A stretch of DNA of 55,271 bases from a virus, in the IMG/VR virus record IMGVR_UViG_3300028534_000014, positions 1 to 55,271 of that record; one strand, given 5' to 3'. This document shows positions 1 to 9,880 of the stretch, in pieces (position 1 is the first letter of the stretch; the number at the start of each line of letters is the position of its first letter). The notes below the pieces were generated by a model. It saw nothing but the letters and a program-made list of their open reading frames with translations. It did no database searches and was not told the DNA's origin. A program made the translations under genes and the position numbers.

Positions 1-1
1 C

Positions 2-181
2 GATGAACAGTCTGATGAGACTAAAGATAGTGATATCCCAAATAACGATGAACAGTCTGATGAGACTAAAGATGGTGATATCCCAGATAACGATGAACAG
101 TCTGATGAGACTAAAGATGGTGATATCCCAGATAATGATGAACAGTCTGATGAGACTAAAGATGGTGATATCCCAGATAAT
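2..181 (+). repeat. 45-bp tandem repeat, 4 full copies (may continue upstream of the window)
   Basis: Unit gatgaacagtctgatgagactaaagatggtgatatcccagataac starts at 2, 47, 92 and 137 with few substitutions. Confidence 0.97.
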
Positions 182-598
182 GAAACGGATCAAGGTCCCC
201 AAGTTAAAGAAGAATTGTCTAAGATTGTTAAGGTGTTTGAGAACTATGCTATTAACTATGGTAAGGTTCCAGCTAAAACTTCTCAAATTCAACAACTAGC
301 TATATTAACATATGTTAGGGATGGTTTAGGAACGGAATTTGGAGCAAATGAATTAGTAGAAGCATTTTCAAAATATACTGATAAAGCTTTTCAACCGGCT
401 TTATTAGGAGCATTCGCTAGACAATGGGGTAATAGAACTTCAGCAAGAAATGCGTATTTATCATTAGTTACATTCCTTTCACATTTAGTAAATGGTGATA
501 GAGATAGTATAGATAATGCTAAATTAAAAGCGTCATTTAAAGGCGAGTTTGCGGTACTAGCTACTAAGTTAACAAAAGAGTTCAACCTAGATGCCTAA
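2..598 (+). CDS. 5'-truncated protein with acidic 15-aa tandem repeats (DEQSDETKDGDIPDN) and a C-terminal helical domain; probable phiKZ-like virion protein
   Basis: The frame starting at base 2 is open and continuous with the 215..598 ORF (DEQSDETKDSDIPNN...ETDQGPQVKEELSKIVKVF...). The 3..299 ORF in the track is the wrong frame of the repeat. Confidence 0.8.
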   Translation, partial: DEQSDETKDSDIPNNDEQSDETKDGDIPDNDEQSDETKDGDIPDNDEQSDETKDGDIPDNETDQGPQVKEELSKIVKVFENYAINYGKVPAKTSQIQQLAILTYVRDGLGTEFGANELVEAFSKYTDKAFQPALLGAFARQWGNRTSARNAYLSLVTFLSHLVNGDRDSIDNAKLKASFKGEFAVLATKLTKEFNLDA

Positions 599-634
599 CC
601 CCTACGGGCTAGGTATCTAATATTTTATTATTTT
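588..634 (+). terminator. Probable intrinsic terminator
   Basis: Imperfect stem tagatgcctaaccc-ctac-gggctaggtatcta followed by a T-rich tract, overlapping the stop codon. Confidence 0.6.
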
Positions 635-647
635 TAAGGAATTATAC

Positions 648-1058
648 ATGGAAAGTTTAGATATTTTAAAAGAATTTATAAGTGTAGTGAAATATGTCGT
701 TAATGATGTATATAAAATAAATATAGATGCTATTAAAAAAGCGTTTGACTATACAATAGATCCTAATCTTTATATCATTGATAAGGGTGCTGTAGAGAGT
801 GTCTTAAACTCTGAAAATGGAAAGCTAATATATCCTATACATGATATGTTATTTGCTTTAATCGAAACAGATACTAAAATGAAAAATAAAATCATAGCTA
901 TATTTAGCAATATCTCCAATTATTTAAGAGATAGAGAAACATTTACAAGAGAGTTTGCTGAGTCAATGCTGGCTAATAAGTCTAACTATATTACAAGAGA
1001 TGTTTATTCGTTAGCTATTACTGTATATATGTTACATATTATAACAAAGGACATATAA
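648..1058 (+). CDS. Hypothetical protein
   Basis: 136-aa ORF with AAGGA RBS. Confidence 0.8.
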   Translation: MESLDILKEFISVVKYVVNDVYKINIDAIKKAFDYTIDPNLYIIDKGAVESVLNSENGKLIYPIHDMLFALIETDTKMKNKIIAIFSNISNYLRDRETFTREFAESMLANKSNYITRDVYSLAITVYMLHIITKDI

Positions 1059-1610
1059 ATGAAGATACTTATGTATAATATTAAAACTATAGTCCCTGTC
1101 AAGTGCAAAAAGGTTATAACTATAAATCACAATAACGAGAAGAAAGAGCATTATAATATTAAAATAGGAACAAAAGTACGACATGGGTGGGAGTATAGTA
1201 TCGGTGTTGAGGATGGTTTAATCCAAAGTACTGATACACGTGTCGAGCTTACGCAATCTAATTATATACTTAATAATATATATAATAAATCTACAGGGGA
1301 GATTAAGGTAGATAAAAGAGGGAATAAACTATATTATATCTCAGAGGCAGATTATTTCATAGACACTACAGATGTATTATTATTTATCTCTCTACCATTT
1401 GGAGCAGATGTATTAGATATAATTGAACCTAATAATAACATAAAAGCTAAGGCAATTAATTATTATAAAGGCAAGATAGGTTTAGTATTTATGAGATATT
1501 TACAAAGCGGGGATAGTGTTACTATAAAATACATTCTAAACGATGATGAATATGAGTTAGTCTTTAATAATAATAATGGAACAATTGAGCATTATACTAA
1601 TCTAGTATAG
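1059..1610 (+). CDS. Hypothetical protein
   Basis: 183-aa ORF abutting the previous stop, with AAGGA upstream. Confidence 0.8.
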   Translation: MKILMYNIKTIVPVKCKKVITINHNNEKKEHYNIKIGTKVRHGWEYSIGVEDGLIQSTDTRVELTQSNYILNNIYNKSTGEIKVDKRGNKLYYISEADYFIDTTDVLLFISLPFGADVLDIIEPNNNIKAKAINYYKGKIGLVFMRYLQSGDSVTIKYILNDDEYELVFNNNNGTIEHYTNLV

Positions 1611-1632
1611 AGAGCATATGCTCTCTATACTA
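1603..1632. terminator. Perfect 30-bp palindrome between convergent genes (bidirectional terminator candidate)
   Basis: tagtatagagagcatatgctctctatacta contains both stop codons. Confidence 0.75.
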
Positions 1633-3339
1633 AATACCTAACTCTTCTTTTGCCATTTCATCTAACTCTCTAAATGTAGGGAAGTTGAACATGCTTACAC
1701 AATAATCTATATGAGCTATACTGCCTGTCATGAGATTAATATTATTTCTTTTAAACTCTTCTCTATCTATATCTCCTATAGATATTATCTCTCTCATAGT
1801 AGTCTCTTTACTTAAATTAGCTACGATGGTAGCGCTAGGGTATGCTGATACTGCGTCTGCATCATATACATAAAAAGTGAAGTTATTAATCAACTCCGCA
1901 TCTGTAAATAATCTATATGTATGGAAAGCCGATCTCCATGGTTCTAATGTAACTGTCCAATTATTTCTTGTAAGGCTACCGTAAAATTCTTCACCAATTA
2001 CTTGCGTTCCTAGAACTTTCCCGTGTTTTAAAGCTAAGAAATGGAAATCATCCATAATTCTCGTACTACTACTACTAAAGTCATAAAAGTTAGTCTTATC
2101 TGCTAATAGCGGGAGTGTTAATGATAAATCTTTATTCTTCTTTTCCAGTAGATACATACCGAGAACATCCCAAATGTTATATACTATATATTCGTATGGA
2201 TGCTTCTCTAGCATATAGATATGCCACTCTGCTTGAGTTAAATCTGTTAATTCGTCAAACTTTAATTTACCTAAACCTAAAACATTATATAGTATATTAT
2301 TCAATCCATAACCACCTACAACTTCAGGAGCACCTATTCGTGTGAAGTAGTATGTACTCATAGCATCTATAGCATACCAACTTGCAGGTATTATGTAGCT
2401 ATGCCATTGTTTTTCAAAATCCAATGACTGTTTATCACCGTTCTCTTTTACTTTAACAGTGCGACCTTCTTTGAAATGATAATATCTATATTCTTTAGGT
2501 AAGCGCGGGTCTGATAATATCTCAGCAGGATTTAATCCATGGTGATGCATCCTCTCTACCATAGTCCCCATATCGTGTGTGTGGTTCCATGCTGTTAGAA
2601 AATCATACTCAGTCCTATGCACGTGTTCGAAAAACGCTTTTATGACTTCGCCATCATCTTTATATCCTGTTATATGGAATTCTACATCCTCTTTCTTAAA
2701 ATATCCATCTGGTATATGTTTCCAAAATAAGTCTTCTATTATTTTCTTTATATTAACTACTGCTGGGATTACATTATAGTTAATAAATGTATGAATATAT
2801 ACTATACCATCTTTCTCATGTACTCCGGTGACAACGCTTATCTCTTTAGTATTAACGTCATTCTCTATATCGTAGAACATCACTGTATAAGGAGTTATCT
2901 CAGTCTGTTTCTCTTGATATTCGGCTCTTAATAAATTAACAGCATGTATCTCTGCACCATACACATATGGCGAGAAACGAACATCTCTCATACTCACATT
3001 ACCGAACTTACGTCTACCTAATCTAGTCATAATATCTTTTGTCATATTAGACTGTGTTGTCATGAATTTCTGAACTCTCTCAAGTTTTTCTGTTTGTTTA
3101 TTTTGCTTATGATTTCTGTATATCTTCTTTGTTATATAATACGGTCTTTGGTAGTTCTTATATAATCTCAATTTAGGTTCCGAAGTCCCATCACTATAGT
3201 GAACTTTCTCTTTAACGACTATAGTATCTGGTCTATATACTTTACCAGTATGCTCATCTTTATCTTCAGGTAGGTGTACACCAAATCTAAACTCTCTATT
3301 AATTACTCTTCTATTACTCTTTAGCTCATTTCTACTCAT
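1630..3339 (-). CDS. Split family-B DNA polymerase, 3'-5' exonuclease/motif A subunit (phiKZ gp82-like)
   Basis: ExoI FYDIE, ExoII TAWNHTHD, ExoIII YNIWD, motif A YDADAVSAYPS; size and position match the phiKZ-type split polymerase. Confidence 0.85.
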   Translation of the reverse strand: MSRNELKSNRRVINREFRFGVHLPEDKDEHTGKVYRPDTIVVKEKVHYSDGTSEPKLRLYKNYQRPYYITKKIYRNHKQNKQTEKLERVQKFMTTQSNMTKDIMTRLGRRKFGNVSMRDVRFSPYVYGAEIHAVNLLRAEYQEKQTEITPYTVMFYDIENDVNTKEISVVTGVHEKDGIVYIHTFINYNVIPAVVNIKKIIEDLFWKHIPDGYFKKEDVEFHITGYKDDGEVIKAFFEHVHRTEYDFLTAWNHTHDMGTMVERMHHHGLNPAEILSDPRLPKEYRYYHFKEGRTVKVKENGDKQSLDFEKQWHSYIIPASWYAIDAMSTYYFTRIGAPEVVGGYGLNNILYNVLGLGKLKFDELTDLTQAEWHIYMLEKHPYEYIVYNIWDVLGMYLLEKKNKDLSLTLPLLADKTNFYDFSSSSTRIMDDFHFLALKHGKVLGTQVIGEEFYGSLTRNNWTVTLEPWRSAFHTYRLFTDAELINNFTFYVYDADAVSAYPSATIVANLSKETTMREIISIGDIDREEFKRNNINLMTGSIAHIDYCVSMFNFPTFRELDEMAKEELGI

Positions 3340-3446
3340 GATATCTCCTTCTTCAGCCTACTAAAAGATGGGTATAATTTTATTTCATAAGTCTACTATA
3401 TCTGTCTCTTTACAGTTTCTTTGAATATTAACAATAAAGGGAAGTT

Positions 3447-4892
3447 ATGAACAATGTAGAACTATTAACCATACGACCTATCAGTGATAATGAGTTTATA
3501 AATAGTTTAATAAAGATTACTAAACAACTAGTCGATAACTCTGGTAAATATGGGACAATGGCCTACGCTAAAAGCGATGACGGTAAAAGGGCATATGATG
3601 AATTATCTACTCTACTAACCAATAGATTTGGTATACCATTTTCTTGCGTAGCGTCAATAGACCCTGCCTGGATTGTGGCTATGGACAGTCTAATAGCTAA
3701 TAGCATGGGTGACGGAGCTATAGGTAAATTAATAGCCTTTAAGCAACGTGAAGAAGCCGCTCTAGTTAAATATAGAGGAACAAAGGTAGGTACGACTTAC
3801 GTATCCTCTAATCCTAAGGATAATAAGAAGTTCTTAAAGAAGGTCTTTAGTGGAGAAATATCTTCTACATCAAAAGAACTCGCTAAAGGGCTCCAGAATA
3901 GTATTAAAGAGCTTAATAGAATATTGAATACTGGTAATGTTAAAGTAGATATTAAAAAAGCCAAGATTAAAGGATTAGTAGAAAACAATAATGGTAACTT
4001 AGATGTTGTTATTGGGATTAATCCGGAATATTTTATCTCTAATGATGATAGTGAATATGTATGCGCGGCTATTATCCTACATGAAGTTGGTCATCAGTTT
4101 AATGCTGTATTAGAGTCTATCAAATTAATAACAGGCCCATACTCTATCTATGAGTCTATTATTAATGAGAGAACTGAAGACTCTATTAAGATAGCTGTTA
4201 AAAAGCTATTAAAAGAGGATGTGAACGCAGACGTAGCTACAATAGAGTTATTAAAAAAGATACAACAAGATAATATGAAACTACTAGGCGTATCTAGAAA
4301 TGGCGGGTTTAATAATGAGTCTAGCGCAGATAGATTTGTTGCACGTTTTGGATTATCTAAATATTTAGTTGCTGGTTTACATAATGATAATAGTAGACAA
4401 AAGGGCGCATCATCATACTATAAAGCAGCATTTATTCTGTTAGGTATTAATATTGGATTAACATCTATAGCAGGGATAATATCTATACAATTGATTGGAG
4501 TAACATTAGTCCCTTTAATCATGACTATTATTATTTCTATATTATCATTGATGAATGTAAATCCTAATTATATATCTTTAGATAATCCTCATGAGAATTA
4601 TTATGATAGAGTTCGTAAGATTAAATTAGACCTAATCAGGCAGATACGACTGTACTATGATGATACACCTTATTTTGGGGATATATTGCATCAAATAGAT
4701 TACCTAGATAAAACGTTAGAAGAGAGTAAGATGGATAAGAAATTAGCTAATCTATTTATTACATATCTTTTCGGAGATAGTAAAAGCGTTGCGAAACACG
4801 AGTTATTTGAAAGGTTAGAGCAAATCACTGAGAACGATATACATACATCAGTACTCAGGCTTAAAAAATTAACAACAAGGATGGGACAATGA
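3447..4892 (+). CDS. Virion protein with zinc-metallopeptidase motif (phiKZ gp83/84-like)
   Basis: LHEVGH (HExxH), ESSADRFVARFG, a hydrophobic segment and HENYYDR; position next to the polymerase gene. Confidence 0.7.
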   Translation: MNNVELLTIRPISDNEFINSLIKITKQLVDNSGKYGTMAYAKSDDGKRAYDELSTLLTNRFGIPFSCVASIDPAWIVAMDSLIANSMGDGAIGKLIAFKQREEAALVKYRGTKVGTTYVSSNPKDNKKFLKKVFSGEISSTSKELAKGLQNSIKELNRILNTGNVKVDIKKAKIKGLVENNNGNLDVVIGINPEYFISNDDSEYVCAAIILHEVGHQFNAVLESIKLITGPYSIYESIINERTEDSIKIAVKKLLKEDVNADVATIELLKKIQQDNMKLLGVSRNGGFNNESSADRFVARFGLSKYLVAGLHNDNSRQKGASSYYKAAFILLGINIGLTSIAGIISIQLIGVTLVPLIMTIIISILSLMNVNPNYISLDNPHENYYDRVRKIKLDLIRQIRLYYDDTPYFGDILHQIDYLDKTLEESKMDKKLANLFITYLFGDSKSVAKHELFERLEQITENDIHTSVLRLKKLTTRMGQ

Positions 4893-5248
4893 TAAGACAA
4901 ATACATGCTGAGTGTAAAACAGAGGCGGAGAGAATAGCTATATATGTAGCATATGGTAGATATATGGTATCTAAGGGACTGTTAATGACTGGTAATGCTG
5001 TGGAGACTGCCGTTAATCAGCTTAATTCTGTAGTAATTATTGATTGGGATAAATGTGCTTTAGTGCTTAATGAAATATATAGAGCGCGTAATAACTTTAT
5101 GACATTTAAACAAGGTGCTACTAGCTCACCTATCATAGACTTCGGTTTAACAGCTGATTTTGTATCATATTTAGCAGATGCTGAAGAGAATAAAGAGCTA
5201 TACAATAAAGCGCATTATTATTTTAGAACTAATGGCATAAAGGGTTAA
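4889..5248 (+). CDS. Hypothetical protein (phiKZ gp85 position)
   Basis: 119-aa ORF with ATGA overlap. Confidence 0.7.
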   Translation: MIRQIHAECKTEAERIAIYVAYGRYMVSKGLLMTGNAVETAVNQLNSVVIIDWDKCALVLNEIYRARNNFMTFKQGATSSPIIDFGLTADFVSYLADAEENKELYNKAHYYFRTNGIKG

Positions 5249-5250
5249 AG

Positions 5251-6366
5251 ATGGATATTCTAACAGAACTACTATCTAATCAAGAGATATTAGAGCCTTT
5301 TGATGTTTTAGATTATAATGAAGAGATTGAACAACTCCATGAGTTAGAAAGCGTTATTACCAAAGAACAGTTTGGTATACTTCAATTATTAGATGCCGAT
5401 AACATTGTATCTAAATCAAGCAGAATAGATTATGAGACAAGCGAGCTATTAACAGAGTCTCTATTCATTATTGTTAGAAATAGTCTACCTGATATCGAGT
5501 TATTATCTAATAAAGATGGTAATGGTATAGCTGAGTTTATTAAAAGAGTTGGCTTAGTAATAGCTAAATGGTTTAGGAACTTTTTAGGGCTTATTAAGAA
5601 ATGGTACACTAAATTCTTAAACATATTATCAACTTCGCAAGTAGTTGTAAAAGAATTGCTTAAAAAAGTGGATGAAAAGAAGATTGATAATAATACTAAA
5701 TTCGATGTACCTCAAGGTGTCTTGTCTTATTTCTCTAAAAAGAAGATATTAAAAGCTACATATGCTATACTTGATTATAACTTTGCGGATGATATTTATA
5801 ACCATGATCAAACATTGAATATGAAAGCATTTGATAAATACTTTAAGGATAATAAAGGCACATCTTTTAAAGAGAATTATAAGAAGATTACAAGTGGTTT
5901 AGGGTCAGGCGAAATGGTAATATCTCTTATCAATCTTAATACCAATGATGCAGAGATAAGAACATATCGAATGAAACATATTATAAAAGACGCTTATATT
6001 ATCATAGATAAGTTTAATGCTATTGTAGGATATAATAGAGTACAGTCTGAAATAATGTCTAATAAACAATACTCTCTTAAAGAGTTAGGTTTAGATATAA
6101 AAGACATCAGAGAGAATGCATATATATCTAAAGATGAAGTGTCTAGAAAAATGGATGAGATTTATAATTCTGTAAACACAGTATATAAAGATATAGAAAA
6201 TGATATGAATGATTTAAAGAGCATTAGCAGTATCACTACAGCAGACATTAATGGTCTTAGGTCTTATGCTATTGATAGTGCTAGGTCGCTATTTGGTCAG
6301 ATGACCAAAATATATAAAGCTAGAGTCTATTCTATATCTTTACTAAAAGCACTTACAAAGGATTAA
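5251..6366 (+). CDS. Internal head protein, paralog of 25175..26353
   Basis: Acidic N-terminal propeptide-like region followed by amphipathic EFIKRVGLVIAKWFRNF, shared with the 25175 ORF. Confidence 0.7.
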   Translation: MDILTELLSNQEILEPFDVLDYNEEIEQLHELESVITKEQFGILQLLDADNIVSKSSRIDYETSELLTESLFIIVRNSLPDIELLSNKDGNGIAEFIKRVGLVIAKWFRNFLGLIKKWYTKFLNILSTSQVVVKELLKKVDEKKIDNNTKFDVPQGVLSYFSKKKILKATYAILDYNFADDIYNHDQTLNMKAFDKYFKDNKGTSFKENYKKITSGLGSGEMVISLINLNTNDAEIRTYRMKHIIKDAYIIIDKFNAIVGYNRVQSEIMSNKQYSLKELGLDIKDIRENAYISKDEVSRKMDEIYNSVNTVYKDIENDMNDLKSISSITTADINGLRSYAIDSARSLFGQMTKIYKARVYSISLLKALTKD

Positions 6367-6367
6367 G

Positions 6368-6994
6368 ATGACGGTCTTAGATAGATATATAGAATTACTA
6401 ACTAAAAGAGCAGTAAATAGAGCTGATGCGGTTGAGCTTGATAACATCACCGACGGTTTGATTAGTAATGAGATTGGATTAGAGTTATTCTCATCATACG
6501 ATAGTAACTCAGGATACCAGGATATAATAACATTAATCGAAACATACTTAGGTATAAGTGATATTATCGTAAAAGAAAACCTAGATAGTATATTAATTAC
6601 GCCTATAATGATATCAACATTAAAAGCACCAGCTATTAAAGATAATTACATAGAGACTATACCTACTTCTAATCCTAATGTAGAGATGAGTGTAGACTAT
6701 TTAGAAGAGACATTAGAGTCTATATCTAAATCTACAACTATTGGAGCTAATGTGTTTAAGGACATGTTCACTAGAGAGTTATATATTAATAATAAATTAG
6801 CTAGTCAAATGCTACTTAAAGATGCTATAGATAGTTTAGCTACATCAATAGAGATAGATAAAGATAATATAGATAAATTAAAAGATATGGATATATCTGA
6901 TATAGTAATAGTTGATAGAATACTGATTGCATTATATGCTAGTAATCTACCGACAGCTATTTCTAGATTTAAAGCAGTTCGTGATAACTTATAG
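6368..6994 (+). CDS. Hypothetical, probable virion/head protein
   Basis: 208-aa ORF co-transcribed with the head gene. Confidence 0.7.
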   Translation: MTVLDRYIELLTKRAVNRADAVELDNITDGLISNEIGLELFSSYDSNSGYQDIITLIETYLGISDIIVKENLDSILITPIMISTLKAPAIKDNYIETIPTSNPNVEMSVDYLEETLESISKSTTIGANVFKDMFTRELYINNKLASQMLLKDAIDSLATSIEIDKDNIDKLKDMDISDIVIVDRILIALYASNLPTAISRFKAVRDNL

Positions 6995-7022
6995 AGATTA
7001 ACAGCATTAGCTGTTAATCTCT
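6993..7022. terminator. Hairpin between convergent genes
   Basis: agagattaacagc-atta-gctgttaatctct, 13-bp stem. Confidence 0.7.
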
Positions 7023-9880
7023 TCTATTTGTATCTCTAAATTATAGACTATATCAAATTCATTATTGATATATGTAGCAATGCTAAATCTACTGCTATCA
7101 TTAGCGATAGTTATTATCTTTTTGTTATCAGGTGTGATATCTTTTATCTGGCATCCAATAATGCCCTTAATTTTATCATTAATTCTATCCTCTAATTCCG
7201 TTATATCTATATACTTCTTTATTATATATTGATTAATGATATTACCAATCAGCCTTTTTAACTCGTCTGCTCTATACTCTAAGGTTGTCAACTTATCAAT
7301 ATATAGAGTAACTATAGGTTTAACTATACTAGGGTATCTTATACCGTCACTGCTGATAACATCCAATCCATCTTTTCTACTTTTATATAAGATAGTAGTA
7401 TTATTTATAGTTACCTTATTTAATTCGCTTAATTTAAAGTTAACATTATACTCTATTAAACTCATAAGGTTCTTTAACATCTCGTTATAAGATGGTTTAT
7501 TTAATACTTTAAATTTATATTCAAACATTAGTATATTAGGCATATAGATATATCCATTATCTGTATCTAATATAGGGTCACCATTCTCATCTAGAATATT
7601 ATCACCTGCTTTATATTTGAGTATAGGATTACCATTTGGATCTAGAACAGGATCGCCAGCATGATGCTCTATCTCTCTACGAATGTTATCACAACTACCG
7701 TCACCATCAGTATCTTCTAATATAACCTCACAACCTGTCTTAGGATCAAGCTTATATACATCTCTATCGTATAGTAATGGAATATCGGATGTATACTTTT
7801 TATACACTCTGTTATTAGGGACTGTGATTGTCTTATTCCAAAGATACTTTAGTCTTGTAGCTAATCTAAGTTCAGCACTCTCAATAGTGAATACTATATA
7901 ATCTTTAGGCTCGCCAAAGTATAATTCAATTTGATTAGAGTAATTCTTAGCTCTAGTATCAATGTTTCCTATTACACCATTGTTGTCAGTATATAGTATA
8001 ATATCTATATCTGATAATATATTAATAAGTTTATCATTATACTCACTTACTCCGTTAAGGATATTGATATTATTATCTTTATCTATAAAGTTATCTACTT
8101 CTATTTCGAAATAGTGTAAAGGCTCTTCAGCTGATGGGTATCGTTCTAATGTCTTATCCATATCTCTAATACTAAATAGATATATATTGTTGCCATCAAT
8201 AGCTGACTTTAGTCTCATAGCCATCTTAGTATTCTCTGATATAATCCCATAATCATCATTGCCTTTAAGTTGGAAATAGATACCGTACTTATTGTTATTT
8301 ATTTTAAATATCTCATGCGATACTATATTAACATTAGCATTGATGTAAGTATTTTTGCTCAGGATATGCAACTTATCAATCTTAGGATTAGATATATCAT
8401 ATATAGACACGTCTAAACTATTGACATCTTTGTTAATTATATATTTATACGGTGTATATAGTATATCTCTTTCGTTAAGTAAATTAGCTATTGTTCTATC
8501 TACCGAACTATATAAACTAGCTTCTACTTTACTAATAGGTCTATATATATTGTTTTTATCTCTATGGAAAAGAGTATATGGATTAACACATAGATATTTA
8601 TCATTATGTACAATAGTGTCTTGGAAGCTATCTTTTTCAGCTGTATCGATAATAGTATCTATGTTATAGACAGGGGTTTCGAATGTGTTATTAACTTTGT
8701 TACTATTTATACCGTCTGTTGTAGCTGTATACACTCTTTCTAATATGCTATCTGTTACTTTATATATCTGAAGACCATACTGTCTACCTTTCTCAAATAA
8801 TTGCTTTTCTGTTATAGGTATATCTATATGACCGGCTGTTCGATAGATTACTTTATTCTTTAAATCTTTTATTCTACTCTTATTAGTACCGCCATCGATT
8901 ACGCCACTTCCAGTGAATAGGATTGGTAAGTTATTAGCTAAGGAAACCAAATCAGTCGCCTCAACAGTTACTAGTTTGAATTTATAATCATCTGTAGTAT
9001 ATTTATCTAAGAATACCTTAACTTTACCTCTTGTAGTAAATAGAATAATTCTTATTTCACTCCCAATGAGATTTAGGTCGATGTATCTGTTTGGTATTAC
9101 TATATTAATACTAGTCTCCCCAACTTTTACATATGCAGTAGGTTTAGTTGGTAAATACTGGCTCTCTGTATAAAGCGTATCCATTAATTTATATTCACCA
9201 GTAGATGTGTCGTAGTACTCTAGTTCTATACTATGATATTGTTCTCCGTTTAGTTGCAACTCAACATTATACTCTATACTTCTTGATATAGTAGTAGCAT
9301 AATTACTAACAGTTAATTGTGCTACAGGGACATTAAAGACTAGCCAATCAATATTATCTCCATCTTGTGTAATGAATGATGGTATTACACCTATATCCTT
9401 AAACTCTTTAGTTGTATCTGTAACCTTATGTTCTACAAAACTATTCACAAACCCGTTTTCTAACTCCGTTAATGTTACCTCTATATCTGCCAATAAAGTG
9501 AAATTGATACTATCTACTGTTATAGTGCTATATTTACTTAAAGCAAATTTATAGCTTTTATCCCCGTAATAGGCTTTATCTTTAATCTCATTAACAGGTA
9601 TTAAACATCTAAGATAGCCTTTAGCAGGTGTTGTGAATAAATTATCCACATCTGTAACTGATATATGTCTAAGTATATCTTCCTCGGTTCTAGCGCTCGC
9701 GGGCATGATTTTACGATGAACTAGTTCCAGGCTAGTGGTAAAGTCTATAGTATTCCTAACACTCATCTCCATTAATGATGTAAATGGATTAGTCGCATCT
9801 AAAATCTCTATACCTTTGTCATTTTTTAGTAACTCTAACTGCTCGTAGATGGCTCTTTGAGGGTCTATTATCTTATTCAT
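7007..9880 (-). CDS. Large virion structural/baseplate protein (phiKZ gp87-like)
   Basis: 957 aa; N-terminal DATNPF..LME and PASARTEEDILRH pattern; opposite-strand pair with gp88-like as in phiKZ gene order. Confidence 0.7.
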   Translation of the reverse strand: MNKIIDPQRAIYEQLELLKNDKGIEILDATNPFTSLMEMSVRNTIDFTTSLELVHRKIMPASARTEEDILRHISVTDVDNLFTTPAKGYLRCLIPVNEIKDKAYYGDKSYKFALSKYSTITVDSINFTLLADIEVTLTELENGFVNSFVEHKVTDTTKEFKDIGVIPSFITQDGDNIDWLVFNVPVAQLTVSNYATTISRSIEYNVELQLNGEQYHSIELEYYDTSTGEYKLMDTLYTESQYLPTKPTAYVKVGETSINIVIPNRYIDLNLIGSEIRIILFTTRGKVKVFLDKYTTDDYKFKLVTVEATDLVSLANNLPILFTGSGVIDGGTNKSRIKDLKNKVIYRTAGHIDIPITEKQLFEKGRQYGLQIYKVTDSILERVYTATTDGINSNKVNNTFETPVYNIDTIIDTAEKDSFQDTIVHNDKYLCVNPYTLFHRDKNNIYRPISKVEASLYSSVDRTIANLLNERDILYTPYKYIINKDVNSLDVSIYDISNPKIDKLHILSKNTYINANVNIVSHEIFKINNNKYGIYFQLKGNDDYGIISENTKMAMRLKSAIDGNNIYLFSIRDMDKTLERYPSAEEPLHYFEIEVDNFIDKDNNINILNGVSEYNDKLINILSDIDIILYTDNNGVIGNIDTRAKNYSNQIELYFGEPKDYIVFTIESAELRLATRLKYLWNKTITVPNNRVYKKYTSDIPLLYDRDVYKLDPKTGCEVILEDTDGDGSCDNIRREIEHHAGDPVLDPNGNPILKYKAGDNILDENGDPILDTDNGYIYMPNILMFEYKFKVLNKPSYNEMLKNLMSLIEYNVNFKLSELNKVTINNTTILYKSRKDGLDVISSDGIRYPSIVKPIVTLYIDKLTTLEYRADELKRLIGNIINQYIIKKYIDITELEDRINDKIKGIIGCQIKDITPDNKKIITIANDSSRFSIATYINNEFDIVYNLEIQIEEINS

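Noticed and set aside
2-181. CRISPR-like appearance of the repeat
   Set aside because: Contiguous tandem units with no unique spacers; in-frame coding
147-190. CTGATGA...GAAA resembling a hammerhead ribozyme core
   Set aside because: No pairable stem II between the motifs and no stems I/III; explained by Ser-Asp-Glu codons
3-299. 98-aa ORF MNSLMRLK... repeats
   Set aside because: Alternative frame of the 45-bp repeat; the frame from base 2 joins the downstream domain
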